From IMG/VR virus record IMGVR_UViG_3300017777_004285, positions 1 through 34,489 of that record: 34,489 nt of DNA; one strand, written 5' to 3'. Both the position numbers and the translations under genes were made by a program. Below the pieces are notes generated by a model. That model was not told the DNA's origin. It did not search any database and was given only the letters and a program-made list of their open reading frames with translations. Below are positions 1 through 7,595 of the stretch, one piece after another (the first letter of the stretch is position 1; each line of letters begins with the position of its first letter). This DNA is from a virus. Its lineage: Duplodnaviria > Caudoviricetes.

Positions 1-522
1 AACTACTTGCTGATAACTAGGAATATAGTTTCTCACCAAACTCAACATCTGCATCACAACATGTTCTGCTACAGAGTTTGAATTGCTATAGGTAATTTCT
101 GCTACGGTTATACCTCTTTCCATGGAAGCCTGTAAATCCACATGGTCACTACCAATACCTGCACAAAGTGCTAATTTTAGTTTGGGAGCTCGAGCAATTC
201 TCTCTGCTGTCAAATAAGCAGGCCAGAAAGGTTGACTAATCACGATTTCAGCATCATGTAGGTGTTGTTCAAATTCTGAATTTTCACCATCTTTGTCCGA
301 AGTCACCACAAACTCATGCCCAAGACTTTCTAAATATTTTCTCAAACCAAGTTCGCCGGTAACACTACCCAATAAATGTCCTCTTGTAAAATCAATTGCA
401 TGGGGCGATGGTGCGGTTTGACCATCCGGATATTTTGAGATTTCTGGAATATCATCTCTCGCATAACTGGTAGGATATCCATCAATTGGATCATCATACA
501 ATACACATAAAACTTTTGACAT
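1..522 (-). CDS. fdh: NAD-dependent formate dehydrogenase, N-terminal 174 codons (truncated by window edge; absent from the ORF track)
   Basis: Manual translation from ATG at 522: [40 protein letters not shown]...[20 protein letters not shown]...[37 protein letters not shown]...[15 protein letters not shown]. This is collinear with the Pseudomonas sp. 101-type FDH N-terminus. AAGGGA RBS upstream. Confidence 0.95.
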   Translation of the reverse strand, partial: MSKVLCVLYDDPIDGYPTSYARDDIPEISKYPDGQTAPSPHAIDFTRGHLLGSVTGELGLRKYLESLGHEFVVTSDKDGENSEFEQHLHDAEIVISQPFWPAYLTAERIARAPKLKLALCAGIGSDHVDLQASMERGITVAEITYSNSNSVAEHVVMQMLSLVRNYIPSYQQVV

Positions 523-537
523 GTTAGTTCCCTTAAA

Positions 538-948
538 TTATACTACAATACAATCAGGTTGGGCTGTCAAGGATTCGTGCTTCTGACGATAATCTTTTAT
601 AGCCGCTTTGATAGAGTCTTCCGCAAGGATACTACAATGGATTTTAACCGGAGGAAGGGCGAGTTCTGTCGCAATCTCGCTATTCGTAATAATCTCTGCC
701 TCGTCAAGGGTACGACCCTTGAGCCACTCAGTGACCAACGAACTTGACGCAATGGCTGACCCGCAGCCATATGTTTTAAACTTTGCGTCTGTGATGATGT
801 CATTTTCCACTTTTATTTGAAGCAGCATGACGTCGCCGCAGGCCGGAGCACCAACCAGTCCAGTACCCACCGCGGGATCATTTTTATCTAGTCGGCCAAC
901 GTTGCGTGGATTTTCGTAATGATCTACCAGTTGATCGGAATAAGCCAT
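538..948 (-). CDS. iscU: Fe-S cluster scaffold protein IscU
   Basis: DHYENPRNVG, GAPACGDVM, FKTYGCGSAIAS, LPPVKIHCS: three Cys ligands and the HscA-binding LPPVK motif are present. AAGGAGA RBS. Confidence 0.97.
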   Translation of the reverse strand: MAYSDQLVDHYENPRNVGRLDKNDPAVGTGLVGAPACGDVMLLQIKVENDIITDAKFKTYGCGSAIASSSLVTEWLKGRTLDEAEIITNSEIATELALPPVKIHCSILAEDSIKAAIKDYRQKHESLTAQPDCIVV

Positions 949-972
949 TTTGTTTCTCCTTTAAGCTATTGA

Positions 973-1001
973 ATTATATATTATTGATACAACAATGTCA
1001 A
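973..1001 (-). promoter_or_regulatory. Perfect-consensus sigma70 promoter for iscU-fdh
   Basis: Minus strand TTGACA (1001-996), 17-nt spacer, TATAAT (978-973). Confidence 0.9.
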
Positions 1002-1040
1002 CCGGTTTGAGTGCATTGTGATTGATGCTGATTGAGTTGA

Positions 1041-1382
1041 TTATTTCAAGGCACGTTTGGCCATTTTGTCAACAACGCTTTGAGCTTGATCGGGATTCAT
1101 TGGTTCTTGACCTGCAGTTTCATCTTCGGCGCCGCGGAACACAACTTTACCATTGCGATCATCACCGTTGACACTGGCAATGATGTTGCTGAGTGGTGGT
1201 CGCTGTGACAGTGTTTTGAGTTGACCAACAGTGAGTGGCATACCCATTTGTTGAGCTAATTTTAAAAACCCAGCAACAGAAAAACTCTTGTTGATGTTTT
1301 CGTCTTGGGCACGGCTAAGGAGAAACTGGCTTAGTGCAGCCAGTTTTCCATTTGACATACCTTCAACTTCATTGATGCGCAT
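1041..1382 (-). CDS. Phage hypothetical protein, possible internal head protein
   Basis: 113 aa; starts MRINE; TAATG overlap with the upstream gene. Confidence 0.7.
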   Translation of the reverse strand: MRINEVEGMSNGKLAALSQFLLSRAQDENINKSFSVAGFLKLAQQMGMPLTVGQLKTLSQRPPLSNIIASVNGDDRNGKVVFRGAEDETAGQEPMNPDQAQSVVDKMAKRALK

Positions 1383-2107
1383 TATCTACGCTTTCTGCCA
1401 AGCCCTGCGCCGGCAGCTGGTTCTTCAATGTCGGCATCAATATCAACGTCTACATCACCTTCTGGAGGGGGCATCTCACCGCCTATGTCACCACCCAACT
1501 CATCGCCGGCACCTGGAGGTGGTAATTCACCATCTACACCGGGCATTGCTGGGATGCCGCCGCCTTGGGCTTGTCCAGTGACAACTGCAAGAGCTTGCTC
1601 AAGTTGAGTCTTGGCACCTTGTAGGCTTTGGATCATTGTTTGTAGTGCAGTATTGGCATCAGTGTTGAACTGATCAGCCTGTGCGGTTCCCACTTGATTG
1701 CGAATTGAGTCAACCAGTGCAGGCAGTTCTTTGAACTGCATTTCACTGACATCTTCCAACATGCCTTGCACTGAGTCAACCATGTCTTGTGCAGCCAGCA
1801 CCACTTGTGCTTGTTGTACTTCGCTTTCGCGCAGTTGCTGGGTGCGACGTGCAATTTCAAGATCTTGCAGGCGTTGTGTGAGTCCTTGTTCCATGATCAC
1901 CAGACTCAAGTAGGCTTGATTGCGCTCACTGACATGGAATGCCGGGGTTGAGCGATGCTCGTCAACAAGACCCGTGACACGAGTCAGCATTTGACGAGTT
2001 TGACCACGTGTGAGTTTATCAAATTTAATCTTGTTACCAAAGTAACTTTCGAATACTTTAGCGATTTGTTTTGAAGGACGCTGTGCGGCCAGTTCGTTCA
2101 GTTTCAT
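1382..2107 (-). CDS. Putative prohead core/scaffold-like protein
   Basis: 241 aa; starts MKLNE, internal LRESE, helical Q-rich middle, acidic Gly/Pro tail ending GLGRKRR; TAAATA motif and AAAGGA RBS upstream. The function is inferred. Confidence 0.55.
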   Translation of the reverse strand: MKLNELAAQRPSKQIAKVFESYFGNKIKFDKLTRGQTRQMLTRVTGLVDEHRSTPAFHVSERNQAYLSLVIMEQGLTQRLQDLEIARRTQQLRESEVQQAQVVLAAQDMVDSVQGMLEDVSEMQFKELPALVDSIRNQVGTAQADQFNTDANTALQTMIQSLQGAKTQLEQALAVVTGQAQGGGIPAMPGVDGELPPPGAGDELGGDIGGEMPPPEGDVDVDIDADIEEPAAGAGLGRKRR

Positions 2108-2552
2108 TTGAGAATCCTTTAAGATGCAAATATTTAGCCGATTTTATACATTTTTCCAATTCGGCTTTGATCCATTTCTGTCGTGTTTGTCGGTGCTGTA
2201 ACTTAACTGCAGCCAGATCACGCATTTCCGTGCTAGCGGCACGATCTTTTACAGCAGTCCTGCAATTGATACCATTTTCAGTCGTTTGTAGGCGGCTGTC
2301 TAATTCTTTAATTCTACGAGCTAAATTCAATAGATTGTGATTGTCTGCAATACAGTAACTGATAGCATGTTTGGTGTTGCAAAATATGCCCACGTCGCGG
2401 TCTTGGTATGCCACTTTGACAGTGCCATCATTATTGATGATTTGATACTTTCCAAATGCTGTGTATGTATCACCGACTTTGAGTATGAGATTTGGTTCTA
2501 GCTGTTCTAGTTCTTGTTGTGCCAAACGAAATAAGCGTTGGTCAGGTTTCAT
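2058..2552 (-). CDS. Phage hypothetical protein
   Basis: 164 aa, ATGA-coupled to the upstream gene, C-terminal coiled coil. Confidence 0.7.
   Translation of the reverse strand: MKPDQRLFRLAQQELEQLEPNLILKVGDTYTAFGKYQIINNDGTVKVAYQDRDVGIFCNTKHAISYCIADNHNLLNLARRIKELDSRLQTTENGINCRTAVKDRAASTEMRDLAAVKLQHRQTRQKWIKAELEKCIKSAKYLHLKGFSNETERTGRTASFKTNR
2131..2138 (-). promoter_or_regulatory. T4-like late promoter (GCTAAATA)
   Basis: TAAATA core 23 nt upstream of the ATG at 2107; the same core recurs upstream of nine genes. Confidence 0.6.
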
Positions 2553-2812
2553 TTAATGACAAAGTTGACCACAAGGTACCCAACAACGCTACCAAGCACA
2601 GCAATGATTCCAATGCCCCAATTGATAATTTGAGTATTGCGCTGATTCACAACTTTTTGCATCATATCCTTGACTGTACCAACGTCAATTTTGACTGAGC
2701 CAAGCACAGCGTCCAAAGTCTCTAGTTTTTCTTCAAGAAATCTATAACGTTCAGCGCAGAGCTCTACGTGTGCTTCCAAGCTCTTTTTTTCAATGTCGGT
2801 AGTATCAACCAT
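2549..2812 (-). CDS. Small coiled-coil protein with a C-terminal transmembrane helix
   Basis: Start revised to the ATG at 2812 (GGAG RBS); MVDTTDIEKKSLEAHVELCAERY...; TM segment WGIGIIAVLGSVVGYLVVNFVI. Confidence 0.7.
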   Translation of the reverse strand: MVDTTDIEKKSLEAHVELCAERYRFLEEKLETLDAVLGSVKIDVGTVKDMMQKVVNQRNTQIINWGIGIIAVLGSVVGYLVVNFVIK

Positions 2813-2831
2813 TTTAAACTCCAAGATCATT

Positions 2832-2839
2832 TATTTATT
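2832..2839 (-). promoter_or_regulatory. T4-like late promoter (AATAAATA)
   Basis: Overlaps the stop codon of 2835..3239 and precedes the RBS of the 2812 gene. Confidence 0.55.
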
Positions 2840-3239
2840 CAATTTCTTGAAACCAAATATTGACTTTGGGATCTTGAGTATGTAACATAGGGTCTACCCC
2901 TGATTCTTCATCCAACCCCACAATCATGGGCACTGAATCACAATCCAGATACAACACTGCTAGACCGTCTGAAAACACATCATCGCGGTCGGATACGATT
3001 GTAAAGCTCCAGACATCGCGTTGCTTCACTGGCAGTGATATGTCAACCAACTGTGTGCGCAGACTCAACAGTTGCACCAGAGTCTCGTAATTGCGCTGTT
3101 GATTGCGAGATCTTGCCCAGGAGTCTTGATCTATGATTGCAGCCTGATTGTCGTCTTTGTAAGGCACTCGATTACTTTTGTAATGCCCGGTGGTACCTGT
3201 GGCAGTGCAATCAAAACTAGTCTTTACTTGAATTTTCAT
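2835..3239 (-). CDS. Phage hypothetical protein
   Basis: 134-aa ORF packed in tandem with its neighbours. Confidence 0.7.
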   Translation of the reverse strand: MKIQVKTSFDCTATGTTGHYKSNRVPYKDDNQAAIIDQDSWARSRNQQRNYETLVQLLSLRTQLVDISLPVKQRDVWSFTIVSDRDDVFSDGLAVLYLDCDSVPMIVGLDEESGVDPMLHTQDPKVNIWFQEIE

Positions 3240-3468
3240 TCTTGATCAATTGATAAGTCATTTTTACTTGTGCAAGTAAATCAGCCAAGGCCACATTTGT
3301 GCGAGCTGTGTCGCGTATTTTTTCCCACACACGCTCCTCGGCTCTGAGATCTAACATTCGTTGTGTTTCGCCATCCATGTTATGTAGCCAACGATCAGGT
3401 GATCCTGACTCTCTGGCATACACAGTTTTGCCCCCGTCGGGACTTTCATATATTAGTTTAGTTTCCAT
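3217..3468 (-). CDS. Small phage hypothetical protein (IYESPDGGKTVY type)
   Basis: N-terminal motif recognised from small proteins of T4-like aquatic phages. Confidence 0.65.
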   Translation of the reverse strand: METKLIYESPDGGKTVYARESGSPDRWLHNMDGETQRMLDLRAEERVWEKIRDTARTNVALADLLAQVKMTYQLIKNENSSKD

Positions 3469-4084
3469 TTATAAATTGACAGTTAAATGCAACAACTATT
3501 CTTTCTGTATCACCGGTATAGGGCATGGCTGCATGCAAAATCCAACTGGGAAATACAATTAATTCTCCATCTGTGGGCTGCATATCAAAACTAGATCTTT
3601 GACTGCACCACTGTGTTCCAATATCTGCATATCCAGGAATTAATGGACTGTAAAAACGATTACAGCCATTTTTTGCTGTGACGTCGCTTTCTCCGGCTCG
3701 TATATAAAAGATGCCACTCCAACTGGAATTGGGATGCATGTGCATGTCATGATAGCCGCCCGATTGTGTGATATGGCACCAGGATTCATGTACATTGATT
3801 CCTATCCTGGCACCTTGCGGCCACTGCTGTAAGTTAGCATCAGTGGCAGCTTCAAACACTGCAGAACGACACCACTCTAACAGGGCTTGCACTGATTTGT
3901 CACTGGATGTAAAGAAATCAAAATTACTCTCATAAAGACCTTGTTTGATGTTTGATGCTACGTTGCTGACAGAATTGTTTCTCTGTAAGTTATAACATGT
4001 ATCAATCAGTGTGTGTTGATGATCGGCAAAGTTGTCCCAGTTAAATTGGTACATGGGAACAGACCATGAGGGAATGATTTTCAT
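3458..4084 (-). CDS. 2OG-Fe(II) oxygenase, TIGR02466-like
   Basis: SWCHI...YHDMHMHPNSSWSGIFYI...GELIVFPSWILH...RIVVAFN; start revised to the ATG at 4084 because the upstream extension runs through a terminator. Confidence 0.85.
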   Translation of the reverse strand: MKIIPSWSVPMYQFNWDNFADHQHTLIDTCYNLQRNNSVSNVASNIKQGLYESNFDFFTSSDKSVQALLEWCRSAVFEAATDANLQQWPQGARIGINVHESWCHITQSGGYHDMHMHPNSSWSGIFYIRAGESDVTAKNGCNRFYSPLIPGYADIGTQWCSQRSSFDMQPTDGELIVFPSWILHAAMPYTGDTERIVVAFNCQFINGN

Positions 4085-4089
4085 GCTGG

Positions 4090-4097
4090 TATTTACA
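4090..4097 (-). promoter_or_regulatory. T4-like late promoter (TGTAAATA), probably leaderless
   Basis: Only 5 nt between TAAATA and the ATG at 4084. Confidence 0.6.
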
Positions 4098-4098
4098 G

Positions 4099-4130
4099 CA
4101 AAGAAAAAGCCCGGCAATCAAAGCCGGGCT
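4099..4130 (-). terminator. Rho-independent terminator
   Basis: AGCCCGGC-uuugauu-GCCGGGCU followed by UUUUCUUU, downstream of 4151..4615. Confidence 0.9.
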
Positions 4131-4150
4131 CAGTGCTGCAACCAGATTTA

Positions 4151-4615
4151 TTACGAAAGTGCTAGTTTGAAACCAACACCAGTTGTCTGTGAACCTGACA
4201 CGTTGACACCACGCACTGCTCCTGCGCTGTTGGTGATCTGGACATTGCCCAGAGCTGTGATAGAAGTATCAAGAGTTGCGGTAGTCCAAGCACCAGTTGG
4301 GTACAGACCATAACTGATTTGACCACTTGATGCATTCTGCACTTGATAGAAAGCAATGGTAGCGTTGGTCTGAACAGTTTGGTTGATGGTTTGAACCACA
4401 CCAGGATCAGTTACGTTACCCATTTCGTTGCGCAAATCAATTGCTTGATTTGAACCATTTTCTACTACCAATGCAAAGAAGTCCAGCTTAGGACCTTGCA
4501 TTTGAACCAATGCGTTTGCGCCAACAGTAGCGAGGTTACCTGACTGAGCACCATTGCTGATATCAAGTGCAAATACCGGATCTGCATCACCATTTGGACG
4601 GAATAAAATTGCCAT
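4151..4615 (-). CDS. Putative abundant virion structural protein
   Basis: 154 aa rich in G/A/N/T/Q; has its own late promoter, 5' hairpin, strong AGGAGA RBS and terminator. Confidence 0.6.
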   Translation of the reverse strand: MAILFRPNGDADPVFALDISNGAQSGNLATVGANALVQMQGPKLDFFALVVENGSNQAIDLRNEMGNVTDPGVVQTINQTVQTNATIAFYQVQNASSGQISYGLYPTGAWTTATLDTSITALGNVQITNSAGAVRGVNVSGSQTTGVGFKLALS

Positions 4616-4655
4616 GTTAAATCTCCTATTAAAGTGGGCGTGTTTGCCCTACACT

Positions 4656-4663
4656 TATTTAGC
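4656..4663 (-). promoter_or_regulatory. T4-like late promoter (GCTAAATA) followed by a 5' leader hairpin
   Basis: TAAATA, then GGGC-aaacac-GCCC stem, then RBS. Confidence 0.7.
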
Positions 4664-4692
4664 CAGAACGGTAAAAATTTTGCCTTTGATGT

Positions 4693-6606
4693 TCATCTAG
4701 GATTGTTTCTGGCTAGATTTGACGCAGCAAATCCTCCGGGCATACGACTCACTGCCTTGGCATAGCCTGCAGGTGTGGCCATGACCCAACCTTCTTGTCC
4801 GGGATGCTGTAGATCCAATTGCTGCAAGATATCCATCTTGAGATCATGCAGCAAGATCCATAGAGTAAATGCTGCGCTCATGCCAGTTTGATTTGATGTG
4901 GGACTCTGCAGATATTCAACGATGTTGTTGTATTTGCTGGGAGTCACTGACGTCTGCAACCATTCCATAAAACCCGGAAGTAAGTTATCAAATCCTTGTC
5001 CGGCACGTACTCGTGTGTTGATGTAGTCCACACAGAGCTTGGCCAAGTCAGTGATCTTTTGTGCTCGCAATTCCACGGGATTGAACAGTGTGTTGATAGC
5101 TGCACCATGTTGCGCAAGTACCTGTTTGATCTGTTTGATCAAGTCGGACTTGGGCTGCATTGACTTTGCCGAGATAGGTGGAATCAACAACAGTCCTGGT
5201 ACTGGTTTAAACTTAACGCCACTAAGTGGTTGCTTGGCAGATCCTTGATCAGCGTACATGGTGTGCATGGCAATACCAATGTTGCTCTTGGCAATCTGTT
5301 GACCAAGATCACTGTTCAATGGAATACGATACTCTACTTCGTTGGGCTGAAACACTGCGTTGCCGGCTTGGTCAGTCCACTCTTGCTGGGGATAGAACAA
5401 CAAGTCACCTTTGACATAGCCACGTTGTGTCTTGGGAAATGCTGCTTCCAGGGCAGGCCATAGTGTGGTATAGATAGGTGCCAGTGTTTCCACGCGGTTG
5501 GCTTGATTGCCTTTTGCGGCAGCAGCATCATCCCTACGTTGCATGTCTTTGACAATGGACCGGGGACTGGTAAACATTCCATCATAGGTCTTGGCATCAA
5601 ACCCTGAGCCATCTGTGAGCACAAACTCACCGGTGTCAGGCTTGCGTCCAAATACCACAGCAGGTTTTCCATCCCACTTGGCAGTGGTAGTGCCAACTGT
5701 GTCTTTGGCTGCGGCTGCAATGATCTGTAGAGCTTCTTGTGCACCAGCAGTGCCTTTTCTAAACACAAGATCTTCAATGTGTTCAATGCCCTTGGCACGA
5801 CCACCCACTGAGTCAGTTTCGCGCACTTGACGATCTTCTATCAAGGCATACATGCCCTGTTTAACAATACGATCACGTAGACGTGCCAGGAAGTTTACTT
5901 CATCTTCTTGCACTGTGGTGGGAGGTAGATATCCATCCTTGGCCAGCACGGCTTCAAAGTCTGCGACCTTGGCAGCACGATCCCGGTCTTTGGTCAAGGC
6001 TGTGTAAATGCTTTCAACGTTCTTGAGATTCTCTCTAGTGGCCTTGGCCCCCAACAACATACGTGCTGCTTCATCAGCATCCTGGGTCAACTGTTCGTTG
6101 CTGGCACGACTGATCACTCCATTACTGCCAATCTTTAAGCCCAGTGGCTTGGCCACTGAACTCATCAAGATGTTTCTGTACATGCCTTTGTAGGAAGAAT
6201 CTTCACCACCGGCATAAAAGAATGTGCCCCAATCTAAGTTGGGAAAGAACATAAAGTCTGTTTGTACAAAGCCCAGGTCCGGGCGCCCGGTGATGGGAGT
6301 ACGCAGATGCACTTCACCACCTTTTTTCACCCACTCCTTGGGATCTAGTTTGTGACTCTGTGCCCAGGCAGTGAGTTTAGCAGCCAGCTGTTCTTTGCTG
6401 ATTTCATTCAAGTCCACAGCCAAATCCAAATCACCAGAGTCAGGCTTTCTTCCTGTACTGCCCAACCAACGCTCGCGTGGAAATTCCAAGCCAGTGACTT
6501 GTTCTATCCACTGCACAGTTGTGGGGATATCAGCTTGCTTGATGCGTCCGGTAAGTGGATTACCGTCGGCGTCCTTGAATACGTTTCCACCTTCTAATAA
6601 TTTCAT
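4693..6606 (-). CDS. Fusion of a Pol-beta-family nucleotidyltransferase domain and an ATP-dependent (RNA) ligase-like domain
   Basis: Start revised to the ATG at 6606 (ATGA overlap, MKLLEGGNVF). N-domain: LGSTGRKPDSGDLDLAVD plus VQTDFM. C-domain: KWDG (motif I), VKGDLLF (III), EGWVM (IV), YAKAVSR (V). Confidence 0.7.
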   Translation of the reverse strand: MKLLEGGNVFKDADGNPLTGRIKQADIPTTVQWIEQVTGLEFPRERWLGSTGRKPDSGDLDLAVDLNEISKEQLAAKLTAWAQSHKLDPKEWVKKGGEVHLRTPITGRPDLGFVQTDFMFFPNLDWGTFFYAGGEDSSYKGMYRNILMSSVAKPLGLKIGSNGVISRASNEQLTQDADEAARMLLGAKATRENLKNVESIYTALTKDRDRAAKVADFEAVLAKDGYLPPTTVQEDEVNFLARLRDRIVKQGMYALIEDRQVRETDSVGGRAKGIEHIEDLVFRKGTAGAQEALQIIAAAAKDTVGTTTAKWDGKPAVVFGRKPDTGEFVLTDGSGFDAKTYDGMFTSPRSIVKDMQRRDDAAAAKGNQANRVETLAPIYTTLWPALEAAFPKTQRGYVKGDLLFYPQQEWTDQAGNAVFQPNEVEYRIPLNSDLGQQIAKSNIGIAMHTMYADQGSAKQPLSGVKFKPVPGLLLIPPISAKSMQPKSDLIKQIKQVLAQHGAAINTLFNPVELRAQKITDLAKLCVDYINTRVRAGQGFDNLLPGFMEWLQTSVTPSKYNNIVEYLQSPTSNQTGMSAAFTLWILLHDLKMDILQQLDLQHPGQEGWVMATPAGYAKAVSRMPGGFAASNLARNNPR

Positions 6607-7301
6607 ATCAACAGTCCTAATCCTGACAACAACGCATTCACAGCTTGATTGCTGGTGGCCGGTACTTTTGTGGTTTGCCCTTGCGGCCAATAACCTTGTA
6701 ATGCCTGAATTCCTGGTCCCATGGCCTGTAAATGGGCCTGCGCTGCTGGTGTCAGCTGAGTTGCCTGTTGTGATTGTATTGGTGCAATACCACGTCGTGG
6801 TTGTCCTGCTGTGGGAGTTTTATTTTGTGCATCTCTTATGGCCGTCATCAATATTGGCCAGTCAGTAGTTAATTGGTCCCATTTTTTCATATCAGCCGGA
6901 GTTGATAGAGATCCAAGGCCACTGGTTTTATAAGCAATTTTTCTTATTTGATTATCAACGTTTGGATCCGAAATCTGTTGCCCTCGTAAAATTCGATTTT
7001 GTACATAGTTACGCAACATGGCTTCAATATCTGTTCTGTTCCAATTTTGTGTGTTGTACTTGAAGTTGGCCAGTTGAGCCATAACACCTTTGCGCCAGGC
7101 TTGATCGGCTTGAGTAGCCGCTTGTGCCACAATATTACCTGTGAGCTGGGTGGCAACGTTTTGTTCTTGCCCCACTGCCGCACCAGGGGTACTCCCGGTT
7201 ATGGCTTGTTTGGCCATGCTGCCCAGGGCTCCGGGTATTGCACCCAGATTGATTTCATCAAGTTTCTGGGGCTTGAGCCGTGTTATTTCATGAATCTCCA
7301 T
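6603..7301 (-). CDS. Phage hypothetical protein, possible internal head protein
   Basis: Start revised to the ATG at 7301 (MEIHEIT...KLDEINLG); Q/A/G-rich. Confidence 0.65.
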   Translation of the reverse strand: MEIHEITRLKPQKLDEINLGAIPGALGSMAKQAITGSTPGAAVGQEQNVATQLTGNIVAQAATQADQAWRKGVMAQLANFKYNTQNWNRTDIEAMLRNYVQNRILRGQQISDPNVDNQIRKIAYKTSGLGSLSTPADMKKWDQLTTDWPILMTAIRDAQNKTPTAGQPRRGIAPIQSQQATQLTPAAQAHLQAMGPGIQALQGYWPQGQTTKVPATSNQAVNALLSGLGLLI

Positions 7302-7536
7302 CGGTTTTCCTAACTGTGCGAGTGAATTTATTGGGGTCACGAAACTTGATGGCATTTAAGAACTTGCGCTGTAGATTCTCAGCCTGCTCGGGTTCAAAGT
7401 TTTCTTCAATTTGTTCCATGAGACGTATAGCCGATGTAATGATATTGTCAGCACGATTTTCCAGCACATGTCGGCGATCACGATCGACATACATGGAGTT
7501 TAATTCTTCTAATATGCTGCGTGTCTTTTTCTGCAT
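7288..7536 (-). CDS. Small helical phage protein
   Basis: 82 aa, MQKKTRSILEELNS...; late motif upstream. Confidence 0.7.
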   Translation of the reverse strand: MQKKTRSILEELNSMYVDRDRRHVLENRADNIITSAIRLMEQIEENFEPEQAENLQRKFLNAIKFRDPNKFTRTVRKTDGDS

Positions 7537-7556
7537 CTAAGTATGACCTTTTGAAC

Positions 7557-7564
7557 TATTTATT
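7557..7564 (-). promoter_or_regulatory. T4-like late promoter (AATAAATA)
   Basis: Intergenic, between the helicase stop and the 7536 start. Confidence 0.7.
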
Positions 7565-7595
7565 GTAGAATCACAGCAGCAGTAGAGATAGATTT

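Noticed and set aside
537-570. TTGACA...TATAAT at the iscU 3' end as a separate fdh promoter
   Set aside because: The spacer is 22 nt, too long for sigma70; possible but unsupported.
4693-6606. CBASS CD-NTase call for the nucleotidyltransferase domain
   Set aside because: No Cap effector neighbours and the context is late/virion; only the generic Pol-beta motif is shared.
6607-6690. N-terminal extension of the 665-aa ORF
   Set aside because: Overlaps the upstream gene; the ATGA junction at 6603-6606 gives the better start.
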